Source of the DNA: the human T2T-CHM13v2.0 reference genome, Homo sapiens
Strand: one strand, 5' to 3'
DNA: 64,000 bases
Assembly (NCBI RefSeq): GCF_009914755.1
Contig: NC_060925.1
In this document: positions 14,445 to 26,938 of the stretch, one piece after another
How the letters are laid out: the number at the start of each line of letters is the position of its first letter
Position numbering within the stretch: the first letter of the stretch is position 1
Made by a program: the position numbers and the translations under genes
Notes under the pieces: model-generated
Database searches by the model: none
Seen by the model: the letters and a program-made list of their open reading frames with translations, nothing else
What the model was told of the DNA's origin: nothing

Positions 14445-14940
14445 CTAACATTTATTAAGCATTTTCTGTTTAAGGTACAGTGTTAGGCAGCTGGTTGAAA
14501 AGATGATCAATATAGACTTGTTTCTTCTGGTCTCAGGCAGCTCACACTAGTATCTAATGGACAAAAGGAACATTCTTTTTTATTATTATTATTGGGCAGA
14601 AAAAGACATTATGTGGCAGGAAGTGTGTTAGACACAGGGAAGGACATCAAATTAAGCAAAATGTGGTTCCTTTTATTTCCCAAAATATTTTCAGTTGGTA
14701 AAAGAGGCACATGTGTCACCTATAGTCTTAATATGAGGTTAAACATGAAATGTGTTTAAGAGAGATACAAATAAAATTCTGCGAGGTCTGGAGGAGAGGA
14801 GAATAACTTCAGGCTTGAGAAATGAGTGGAGAGAGTTTGCCATAAAAATATTTCATTCCAAAGTTCTGTAGAATTTAAAAGAAAGACAAAATTGAAGGTA
14901 AAGTGGAGGGAGTGAAGGAAACGACATGAACAAAAACATA
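14445..14940 (-). mobile_element. L2 remnants (two pieces)
   Basis: aacatttattaagcattttctg...gtgttaggc; tatgtggcaggaagtgtgttagacacaggg. Confidence 0.6.
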
Positions 14941-16304
14941 AAATTTATGTTTCAGAAACTGATCTAAATGGATAAGGAATTAGAACACAGTGCGGGATGT
15001 GATTGTTTGATTCCAGATGGTAGAACCTCTAAGATTTGGTATATTTTCCATCCGTAGAAGGGAATCTTCGAAAGATTCTGTTCACAGGAACATGATTAGC
15101 AGATGAGGAACCTGGCAGTGCTGTGTAGCTTGTGGAGAATGAAGGGGCTACTTGAGCTGGAATAACCAGTTGGGAAGTCTTCAAAGCAAGGCAGATGAGA
15201 AACCTAAAAAGCTCAAACATAGAGATCTAGTAGAAGAGCTAAATGCAGTGATGCCAAAACACAGCAATCACATAAGATACTTCACTATTTTATAATGAAA
15301 AAATAGTGAATAAAAGAAAGCTCAAACGGGACTCTTAAGAAAGTAATACTAAAAACAATAGTTCTGGAATTTGTGTGAGCTGCTCTTGAAAGTGTGAAAA
15401 TCAGCATTGGGATGGAAGAGGAGGCTTCAGAGAGCACTGTGATATATTTTCTCATTTGCAGGTTGTAAATCCCTTGGCAAAAGGGAGAGATCTTCCCTGT
15501 TTCTTTTCCCAGGAGTGCTGGTTCCCAGAAAAGCTGTGTCTTAATTCAGTTTATAAGGCTTCATCAAAACCTAGCTTGGTAGCCATGAAAGAGGCCCTGT
15601 CTCCAGGGAGTAGACCAGAGTTAATCTAAAATTCTCAGCTCCAAGTAAAAAACTAGTGCCTATATAAACCTGTTACATACCTCTCTGATTATTTTAACTT
15701 CATATAAAAACAGCAGAGTGATTACTATTTAGTATATTTAGGAGTGTGGAAGAGGTCAATGATGGATTGAGACAGTGAAGCTTCTTTAAAACATGTCTTT
15801 AAGAAGAAAGATTATTTAACATGCAGCTTCATGTAACTGAACTCTAGAAACTGGAGTTCATCACTTTAAAATCCATTAGGGATAATATTATTGCATTTAC
15901 TTGATATTTTTCCCTTTACAAGTCCTGCCTTGTGACCTAGATAGACGTCATTTGTAATGTGAGTGATAATGGAACTAAATGCTTAAAACTATGCATGGTA
16001 TTTTTAACTTGGCTTGATGGCAAAATGTTCAAAAAAATGTTTCATTGTCAATGCTAAATGCTTTCCTTTTTAGATAACTTTATCTCACCCACTTTTACAG
16101 TGTCAGAGTGATAAGAAGGACTGGCTATTCCCTATTGAGGTGAGAGGACAACCAGCTTCGTTCTTTCCCTTTCTCCTTTCTACCTGTACCTGGAAAAGTA
16201 AGGCATAGCTTAGATTCTGCTCCCAGTCAGAAAAGGTTCATTCTTTCCCTCTCTCTCCTCTTTGGCAGTATGGCTCCCACAGATCAGCTAGTTTTGGAGG
16301 GCTC

Positions 16305-16500
16305 ACTATTTAGCATTCATGGATTAAGCCTCAATTCTCATAATTGTCCTATGAGGCAGATACAATTATCATTATCCTTATTTTAAAAATGAGGAGCCTG
16401 AGATAAGTAGAGGTAAAGTCACTTGCCCAAAGTTACACATTAAAAAGTATCTGAACTTGTATCATCCAATGGCTGTACTCTTAACCACAACCCTATACTA
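16305..16500 (-). mobile_element. MIR
   Basis: atccttattttaaaaatgaggagcctgag...aggtaaagtcacttgcccaaagttacaca. Confidence 0.8.
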
Positions 16501-16689
16501 CCCCCTCACACTGAACCAACATATTTATTTTATGGCCCACTTCAAAGTCATGGCCTACAGTTGGAAAAATAGTGAATTAGAATGTATCCAGGGGAGGATG
16601 ACGGAATTGATAAATACAATCATTTAAATCTACATCATTTGGTGAATGACTAAAGGAACTGATAGTCTTTATTCAGGAGGGATTTGCAT

Positions 16690-16915
16690 CTTTCTTCTAA
16701 TATTTAAAGGGTTTTTGCAGGGTGAGAGCAGACATTTAGAGTTGGCTTTGGTGACTTAGAAGGTAGGGCGAATTCCATAGGCAAGACAGGTCCATGGGAG
16801 GCAGAAAGTATTTTTTTTTTTAGTATAACAAATAATTTCCTAATCATTCAATCTGTCTAAAAGATACTGGGTCAACTCATGAGGTAATGAGTTTTCCTTT
16901 CATTCAAGCATTAAT
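16690..16915 (+). mobile_element. L3/CR1 3' remnant
   Basis: taatttcctaatcattcaatctgtctaaaagatactgggtcaactcatgaggtaatgagttttcc resembles the CR1 terminus. Confidence 0.55.
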
Positions 16916-16944
16916 TTTTGATAATCAAACCAAAGGTAAGGGAA

Positions 16945-18110
16945 TTTTCTAGAATACGATCATGAGTGAACAGAGCACACAAATCATAGGCCCTCATGGA
17001 ATTTCCATTCTAGCTGAGTGAGACAGATAATAAATATAATTAAGTATGTGAGTATAATATAATATAAGCATACATAAATAAATACTGCTACACTCAAAAA
17101 TTAAGGTAATAAGGTGATAGGGATTTGGAGGGACTGACAATTTATGAAGAGTTTAAGAAAAACGTTTTGCTAAGATGACATTTTTGCAGAATCCTTAAAA
17201 AAGTTGGGTACAGGGCCTTGTGTTATTAGGAAGGAAAGTTGTTGGGAGCAGGCCTCCCAAAATCTGGCCATAAACTGGCCCCAAACCTGGCCATAAACAA
17301 AATCTCTACAGCACTGTAACATGTTCATAATGGCCCTAACACCCACGCTGGAAGGCTGTGGGTTTACGGGAATGAGGGTAAGGAACACCTGGCCTGCCCA
17401 AAGCGGAAAACCGCTTAAAGGCATTCTTAAGCCACAAACAATAGCATGAGCAATCTGTGCCTTAAGGACATGCTCCTGCTGCAGTTAACTAGCCCAACCT
17501 ATCCCTTTAATTCGGCCCATCCCTTCGTTTCCCATAAGGGATACTTTTAGTTAATTTAATATTTATAGAAACAATGTTAATGACTGGTTTGCTGTTAACA
17601 AATATGTGGGTAAATCTCTGTTTGGGGCTCTCAGCTCTAAAGGCTGTGAGACCCCTGATTTCCCACTTCACACCTCTATATTTCTGTGTGTGTGTCTTTA
17701 ATTCCTCTAGTGCCACTGGGTTAGGGTCTCCCCAGCTGAGCTGGTCTCGGCAGAAAGCATTAGAGCCTAAAGGAAGAGCAAATACAAAGACCTTGAAGTG
17801 TATGTGTGCTCAGTGGATTTGAGGAATATCAAGTGTCAGTAGTTGAGGAATATCAAGTATCAGTTGCTGAATTTGAATAACCAAAAGAGAAAGTGGTAGA
17901 AGATGAGATTAGAGACTTTGGGAGGCATCATAGATTATATAGGACCTTCCAGGTAAAAAAATTAGAATTACCTAAGTGACAAGAGAAGGAGTTTGAGCCA
18001 AGGAATGATGAATTAAGTTTTAAAAGAATACCTCTTCTTCTTGTATAGAAAATCGCAGAACCCCAGGCTAATTAGGATATTATTGTGCCACTACAGGTGT
18101 TCCAAGTAGC
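16945..18110 (-). mobile_element. L2 remnant split by the MER9 LTR
   Basis: gccctcatggaatttccattctag...agacagataataaa; resumes after 17758 with ggaagagcaaatacaaagaccttgaag. Confidence 0.65.
17240..17752 (+). mobile_element. Solo MER9a LTR (HERV-K HML-3)
   Basis: tgttgggagcaggcctcccaaaatctggccataaactggcccc...gagctggtctcggca; 6-bp TSD gaaagt/gaaagc. Confidence 0.9.
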
Positions 18111-18501
18111 CTTAGATCGTAACATATGTGAGATGTGATCAAAGAAATTCACCGCTTCATGTCTTCTCATTGGACTAGAGCACTTCTAAGATCTCTTCTC
18201 ACTTTGGGATTTGTGATCCTATATTACATTTTACATTTTAACTTCTTTCCAGTGCTAAAAGGTCATGTATACAGTTTCTAATGATGTTAGGAGAATAAAC
18301 GCAGCATTAATGGCAACTGAACAAAAAGAAGACTCTTAAAGATGCATTTTATACATTGTAATTCAATGTATGTAAAAGGACAAAAGTGGCTTGAAATAAT
18401 TACTTACTAATATATAATTCAAAAGTGGTCAAGTCTCTGCAAGCATTTAAACACATCTCTTTAGTTACTATTACTAAAGCTGTGCACCTACTCTCTATTG
18501 A

Positions 18502-18840
<339 letters not shown>

Positions 18841-18964
18841 AAAGGCTAAACTCTTTTGGAACACTGTGTAGTTTAAAAATATGTTTTAACACAATTAAAA
18901 ATAATTTTTAGAGTTGTCAATAGAAAGCATCAGATTAGATAAACTCTTAATTTGGTCATTTTCC

Positions 18965-21900
18965 TTTAATTTTTCTGAGTGTATTGTAGGTGTATATATT
19001 TATGAGTTATATGGGATACTTTGATACAGGTATGCAATGCATTGTAAACACATCAGGGTAAATGGTATTCATCACCTTCAGCATTTATCTTTTGTGGTAC
19101 AAACAATCCAGTTATACCCTTTTAGTTATTTTTAAATGTATAATTAAATTATTTTTATTATAGTTACCTTGTTGCCTTTGCAAACACTGGGTCTTATTCA
19201 TTCTTTCTAACTAAATTTTTATACATAATAACCATCCCCACTTCCCCCACCACCCCTCCAGTATCCTTCCCAGCCTCTGGTAACCATCCTTCTACTCTCT
19301 ATCTCCATGAGTTCAATTTTCTTGATCTCACAAATAAGAACATATGAAGTTTATCTTTCTGTACCTGGCTTATTTCACTTAACATAATGAACTCCAATTT
19401 CATCCATGTTGTTGCAAATGATGAGATCTCCTCCTCCTCCTCCTCCTCCTCCTTCTCCTTCTTTTTGGCAGAATAGTACTTTATTGTGTATATGTACCAC
19501 ATTTTCCTTACCCATTCATCTGTTGATGGACACTTAGGTTGCTTCCAAATCTTACCTATTGTGAATAATGCTGCAATACACATGGGAGTGCAGGTATCCC
19601 TTTAATATACTGATTGCCTTTCTTCTGAGTACATACCCAACAGTGGGATTGATGGATTATATGATAGCTCTATTTTTAGTTTTTTGAGGAATCTCCAAAC
19701 TGTTCTCCATAGTTGTGGTACTAATTTACATTCCCACCAACAATGTACAAGGGTTCCCTTTTCTCCACATCCTTGCCAGCATTTGTTATTGCTTAACTTT
19801 AGGATAAAACCCATTTTAACTGGAGTGAGATATATCATTGTAGTTTTGATTGGCATTTCTCTTATGGTCAATGATGTTGAGCACATTTTCATATGCCTGT
19901 TGGTCATTTGTATGTCTTCCTTAGAGAAATGTCTATTCAGATCTTTTGTCCATTTATAAATTGGATTATTAGATTTTCTCCTATAGGGTTGTTTGGGCTC
20001 CTTATATATACTGGTTATTAATCCCTTGTCAAATGGGTAGATTGCAAATATTTTCTCCCATTCTGTGGGTTGTCTCCATTTTGTTGATTGTTTTCTTTGC
20101 TGTGCAGAGCTTTTTAACTTAATGTGATCCCATATTCCAATTTTTCTTTTAAATTTTGTTTGCTAGTATTTTTTTGGAAATTTTTGCATCAATATTCATC
20201 AGTGATATTGATCTATCATTTTTTTAAATTTGTCTTTGGTTTTGGTAGGAGGGTAATGTTGACCTCATATAATGAGTTTGGAAGTACTTCCTCCTCTATT
20301 TTGCAGAATAGTTTGAGTAGTATTTTTTAAAATGTTTGGTAGGGTTCAGCAGTAGAGTCATCGGGTCCCAGGCTTTTCTTTGCTGGGAGACTTTTTTTAA
20401 AGCTTCACTCTTGTTGCTTGTTATTGGTCTGTTCAGGTTATGGAATATTTTCATGGTTCAATATTGATAGGTTGTATGCATCTAGGAATTTATTTATTTC
20501 TTCTGGGGGTTCCAATTTATTAGTATGTAGTTGCTCATAGTAACCACTAATGATCCTTTGAATTTCTGCAGTATCAGTTGGAATGTCTCTTTTTTCATTT
20601 CCAATTTTATGTATTTAGGTCTTTTCTTTTTTCTAAGTCTGGCTAAAGGTTTGTCAATTTTGTTTAGCTTTTCAAAAAAATAACTTTTTGTTTTTAGTGA
20701 TCTTTTATATTATTTTCTTCATTTCAAATTCATTTATTTCTGCTCTGATTTTTATTATCTCTTTTCTTTTACTAATTTTGAGTTTGGTCTGCTCTTGTTT
20801 TTCTAGTTCATTAAGATGCATCATTAGGTTGTTCAACTGAAGTTTTTCGGAAACACTTATAGCTACAAACTTCCCTCTTTATACTACTTTTGCTATATCC
20901 CATAGGTTTTGGTATGCTGTATTTCCCATTATCATTCGTTTCAAGAAATTTTTCAATTTCCTTCTTAATTTCTTCATTGATACACTGGTCATTCAGAATA
21001 ATATTGTTCAATTTTCATGTGTTTCTATAGTTTTTAAAATTCCTCTTTTTATTGATTTCTAGTTTTATTCCATTGTGGTCAGAGAAGATGCTTGATATTT
21101 TTGCAATTTTTTTGAATGTCTTGGGATTTGTTTTGTGGCCTAATATAAGGTCTTATATTATAAGACCATCCTCATTGAAGATGATCAATGTGCTGAGGAA
21201 AAGAATGTGTATTTTGCAGCCATTGGATGAAATGTTCTGTAAATATCTGTTAGGTCCGTTTGGTCTATATATCAGATTAAGTCCAGTGTTTCTTTGTTGA
21301 TTTTTTTTTTTTTTGTCTAGAAGGTGTGTCCAATGCTGAAAGCGAGGTGTTAAGCTCTCAAGCTGTTATTGTATTAGGTTCTATCTCTCAATAATATTTG
21401 CTTTATATATCTGGGTGCTCCAGTGTTGGCTGCATATATATTTAAAATTGTTATTTCTTCTTGCTGAATTCATCATTTTATCATTATATCGTGATGTTCT
21501 TTGCTTCTTCTCACAGCTTTTGTCTTGAAATCTATTTTGTCTGATATAAGTATAGCTATTCCTGTTCTTTTTTGGTTTCCTTTGGCATGGAATATCTTTT
21601 TCCATTTTTAAAAATGTTCACTCCATATGTGCCTTTATAGTGAAGTGTATTTCTTGTAGGCAACAGATCATTGGGTCTTTTTTTTTTAATCCATTCAACC
21701 ACTGAATGTCTTCTGATTGAAGAGTTTAGTCCATTTACATTATATGTTACTGTTCATAAGTAAGGACTTACTTCTGTCTTGTTATTATTTGTTTTCAGGT
21801 GGTTTTGTGTTCTTTCTTCTTTACTTCTTCTTGTCTTCTTTTTAGTAAATGTGATTTTTCTCTGCTGGCAGAATTTATTTTCTTGCTCTTTATTTTTTGT

Positions 21901-22590
21901 GGGACCATTGTATGTTTTTTAATTTGAAGTTACCATGAGTCTTGCAAATACAATGTTATAACTTGTTATTTTTAGCTGATGACAACTAATAGTGTTGATA
22001 TAAATAAACAAACAAACAAAAAGAAAGAAAGAATAGAAAACATAGAAATTCCAAACCGTATATTCACCACCCCCCACACTTTTCAACTTTTTGTTGTTTC
22101 TATTTATATCTTATTGGTTCATCATTTAGTTTTTCTACTTAAGATCAGAGTAGTTTACATACTATAGCTACAGTTTTATAATATTCTATGTTTTATTGTG
22201 TACTTACTATACCAGTGAATTTTGTACCTTCAGGTGATTTTTTTGTTGCTTATTAGCATCCTTGTCTTTCTGATTGAAATATTTCCATTAGCCTTTCTTG
22301 TAGGATAGGTCTGGTGCTGATGAAATCTCTCAGCTTTTGTTTGTCTGAAGAAGTATTTCTCCTTTATGTTTGAAGGATATTTTCACCAGATACACTATTT
22401 TAAGGTAGAAGGTTTCTTCCTTCAGCACTTTAAATATATCATACCACTTTCTCCTGGCCTGTAAGGCTTCCACTAAAAAGTCTGCCACCAGCTGTATTGG
22501 AGCTCCATTGTTAAGTTATTTGTTTCTTTTCTCCAGCTGCTTTCAGGATTCTTTCTTTACCCTTGACTTTTACGAGTTGGATTATTACTT
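18965..22590 (-). mobile_element. L1MA2/MA3-like element, internally deleted, ORF2 and ORF1 remnants
   Basis: L1MA 3' UTR at 18965-19300; ORF-track fragments WKQPKCPSTDEW and CWWECKLV are L1 ORF2 C-terminal motifs. Confidence 0.88.
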
Positions 22591-23813
22591 GAAATTGTAT
22601 GCCTTCAAGTCCTTGTTTTTTAATATCTATAGTGGCATTTATAAAAAACTTTATCTAATTATAGGTATTCATAAATCTTATAAAAATGTGACATGACATG
22701 ATGACAGATTTTTTGCAAGTGTGTAGAGTTTGCAATTTTATGTTTTTAATTATTTTCATGTCCATGTGATCTTCAGAGCAATGCTATAAATTAGGTATGG
22801 CAGCTAACAGTACTGTCATTTTTAGAAGAGGTTTTGGACATTCCTTTTTAAAATAAGTTAAAAATTTCTTTCCATATTCTTTTTTGTATTATGAACATGT
22901 GAGCTTCTTTAGATTAAGGGCTGTATCTAGATAGTCTTTGATAGCCTTCTTAGTACTAGAGTAGATGTATTAGGGACTTAATACATACTGTTTAATAGAT
23001 GCCCAGGAAATCTGAGCTTCTCTCCTGGTGCCAGACTCTTTTACCATGATATTAGAAACTCACTACTCACACTTATTACTCTGTGTTTTCCTCACTGGGA
23101 TTCCTAGAAATTGGCAGCAAATACACAAGGAAAAAAATAGTGTGTCTTTTGCCACCTGAGAAAGGGCAGATGGGTTAGCTTTTAGGGGAAGATTTCTCAC
23201 ATCAGAGAGTATTTCATTGTAATGAAGGGTGGTTTGCTTATCTTAATAGTTGTGTGGATTCAATTGAGCATTTAAAGTCCACTCATAAATTTAACAATTC
23301 ATTTATTTTTTTTAAGGTCAGTGTACAATGGTAGCCAAACCCCCGAAATTGCTTATTGCAGGTTCTTCCTACAAAAGCTTATATTCAAGTTAGGGAAACA
23401 AAATCTGTGCCCATGAAAGGTGTGAATGCAACTTCAATAGAGTGGAGGAAGAAGACATCAGGCTAGGCATGACTTGTGTAAAGGTGGATAACTCACTCAA
23501 AATTTGTTAACAAGAAACACATACCTAAGAAAGCTTCAGGTAAGTACAGGCTTTCCCAAGGTTATAGATATCCGTGCATTTTGAGAGCAGAAAAGAGGAA
23601 TAGGGAGGTGTTGGAGAAGGATATGCAGATTGGAGCAAAAGAATTTAAAAATTGAAAAGTACTTGGATCTTTATGACATTATGCAGAAGAAAGCATGTTT
23701 TCTTCTAAGAAGAGAAAATAGACTACAAATAAGAACATTCATCTACTTTGTCCAAATGAAAATTGTCTCTTGCTCCTTGAAAACACTTAATGTGAACCTA
23801 TGACTTTATAATA

Positions 23814-24140
23814 CAGTCATACATTGCTTAACAATGAGGATACCTTCTGAGAAATGTGTCATTAGGCAATTCTGTCATTGGATCAACATCATAAAGTATA
23901 CTTACACAAACCTAGATGATATAGCTTAATATGCACCTAGGATATATGGTGTAGTCTATTTCTCCAAGGATACAAACTGGTACAACATATTGCTGCGCTG
24001 AACACATAGTCAACTGGGACACATAGTAAGTATTTGTGTATCTAAAAATATCTAAACACAGAAAAGGTACAATGAAATATTGTATTATAGTCTTATGCAG
24101 TCCATCATTGACAGAAGTGTCATTATATAGTGCATTACTA
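23814..24140 (+). mobile_element. Tigger3a (TcMar-Tigger) non-autonomous DNA transposon
   Basis: ta|cagtcatacattgcttaacaatgaggataccttctgagaaatgtgtcattaggcaatt...tgcattacta|ta. Confidence 0.85.
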
Positions 24141-24189
24141 TATATGACACTACTAATGCCTTTATCATGTATATTGTCTTATGATTTTT

Positions 24190-24376
24190 TTTATCTTCCC
24201 CAATTTAAATCTTTTAATTTAAAAGTAAACTTTACTGTCGAAAATGCAAACTTGGGGAGGGCAGAAAGATCACACACAAGGCTGCCACTTCACACCTGTA
24301 GGGTTGCATGGCGGCAGGGCAGAAGCGCTCCTCACTTCCCAGATGGTGCGGGGCCTGAAAGAGGTGCTCCTCTCTT
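24190..24376 (-). mobile_element. 5'-truncated SVA2-type retrotransposon (SVA VNTR units, SVA2 unique 3' sequence, short poly(A))
   Basis: minus strand: ...ccatctgggaagtgaggagcgcttctgccctgccgcc|atgcaaccctacaggtgtgaagtggcagccttgtgtgtgatctttctgccctccccaagtttgcattttcgacagtaaagtttactttt...An; TSD tgattttt at 24182-24189 and 24377-24384. Confidence 0.8.
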
Positions 24377-26938
24377 TGATTTTTAAAGAAATGTCTGGTT
24401 TCGCAACCAAACAATTCTATTCACAATCCATACTTCTCATATGTATTATCTTACAAAAAAATTTGCATTACTAGGTGGATCTGCTATTTTACTATTTAGT
24501 ATAATACAGTCTGCTACTTTTTTTTCAAGAGACATAACCTTATTTATTGAACTTCAAAAATACATTTAACCTCTGTAGATAGCTTCAACACATCTAAGTG
24601 TGATTAGGTTGAGACAGATGGGATGAGACGGAAAAGACTCATCAGATAAAAGCTTACTTCTCACTCACATTTTGCCTTCATCATTTTTCTTTCCTTAATG
24701 AATCCACAGAACCCCTGCTGCATTCAGGAAAACTTTAAAAAACACCATATGTTTCCGATAACCCTACTAACCTTCTTAGTACTTTTAACTTTTTTTCCTT
24801 TTAACTGTTGCTGCAACACTTGAAGTACATTAATACACTATCTAGCTGATGGCTTCTGTATCTAAATCACAATTTCAACATCTCAGCTCATTCTCAATGA
24901 AGAACTTTATGAAAAAACAAAAAATTAGATTATGAAATTCTTTCATCAGGGCCAAAAAGGAAGCTAATTGTGGAGAATGCTTTTTTTTTCTCCTAATATA
25001 CATAGTATTGCTGGAACTGATAAGAAGACACAATGTTATATATATGCCAGCTAAATAGGAATGTGGTTTTGAAAATTTGCTATCTTTCCCAGGCTGTCTA
25101 AAATGACTTCTGCTATTTCTGTAGGTAGGTCACACATTAGTCCATTTTACTTTCAGATGTGTAAAAAAATTATGCATGAACAAATCCTCTAGTTATAGAT
25201 AATGTAACATAACAATTGGAAGACAGTGTATTTTAAATTGATAATGAAAATACTTCCTTTTCAAACAAACTCTACAACCATCTTGTTTCACACTGCTGAT
25301 AGAGGACAATTCTAGACCAGAGAATATTCAACTAAGTGAATATGTCTTTTCTTGGCCTCCAATATTTTTCCAGTAAATATTCAGTCCATCAAGAAGTGTT
25401 TTTAAAACAGCTAGTTATCACCCAGCACTGTGCTAGGTAACGGGAAATATATCTAGGGCACTTAAAATCTAGCTGAGAAGACTACTGAATAATTCAAAAT
25501 GGCATATAACCAAATTAGTGGTGAGTGACACAAACATCATGAATTTTCTAGAGTTTAGCAATTTTATATTACCCTCCCCCATTGGAAGGGGAAGAGAAAC
25601 TAAAGTTCCATGAGCTGATGACGTTCCCAAAGTCACACCTAATTAGGGGTAGATGTACGCCCAGAATCCGCTATTTGTTTCCTAAACCATTGTAAAATGT
25701 TTATCTCTAAAATCCAAAGGAAGGATATGTAGGTAGTGTCTGAGTTAGTTGGAAATACAAATATAAAGGATCAGAGAACTAAAATCAAGTACTTGTATTG
25801 ATTACTCCAAACTAGAAATGGCACTTTATTTATGAATACTTTCCAAGTTTTTCTGACTACACGATGCAGGGTATTTGAGAATTAATGCATTTATTATATA
25901 TGCTGTGTTCATAATTGATGTTATAATGCACTTGTAGCTTTTCACCTGAATGTGTATGAAAATGAGGGGGAAAACAAGTCTGTTGTTTTTAAAGTGCCTT
26001 CACTTATCATCTTACAAATATATCTCCGTATTTCTGTTTCTCTTAACCTTTGGAAAAGTAATCTTGCATATCAGTTATCTATGTTCTAAGGAAATTTGTT
26101 CTTTATTTTGTCCTTTCATTTCCATATGGCATATTCAACTTCAGAGTGATCAGATAGTTCTCTAATAATATTCTTATAATTTCTGATGCTTGGTTTTACA
26201 TTTTCATATGGCACCACAGTCCTAAAATTACTTTCATGTAAAGTGCTCTTCATTGACATACTTAATTTAATAACTACATATTGGTATAAGTTGAACATGT
26301 TAATTGTTACATGTTTAATTTAACAGCTACCTTGAAATATAAAATACTTTCCATTACATGGTGTTTATCCTTTTTCAGCCAGAGTGCTGAGTCAATACTC
26401 TGATTAGTTTACTTTAAATCGTAATTTACAGATTGGCATTTATTTAGCATAACACATATATATTTGGATTTATTATTGCCTACTTCATCAAGATATATTT
26501 AAAGACCCTCCTTATAACATCTTTCATGTTCAGTTTTATACCATATTATTATGAATAATATCTAAACTGTAACTATAGACACATCCATAAACAACATTTG
26601 CTGATATCTGCTTTACTGTTCATGACAGTCATCCATAAGCATTTTCTCATGTAATGTTTTATAGACTCATGACTTCATTTAAATATCTCCAGAAACATTT
26701 CTTCATTAATTCGCTAATATGCTGATATCCATTTGATTTATGTTTTTTAGCTTTTCCTCAGATATTATGCATATGCATAGTTTTGAAGTGCTTGAGGCTG
26801 ATTTGAAGACCTGGATGTAGAACTAGTATTATGAGAAGATATCTAATAATTCATGGCTGCTGTAAGCTATTCACCTGCTGTTGCTCCACACAGCTCAAAT
26901 AGACCCTCAATGCAGGCCTTGCTCCTGACCGCTTTTCT

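Noticed and set aside
19299-19583. ORF with a poly-Glu run (KKKEKEEEEEEEE)
   Set aside because: A (TCC)n microsatellite expanded inside L1MA sequence.
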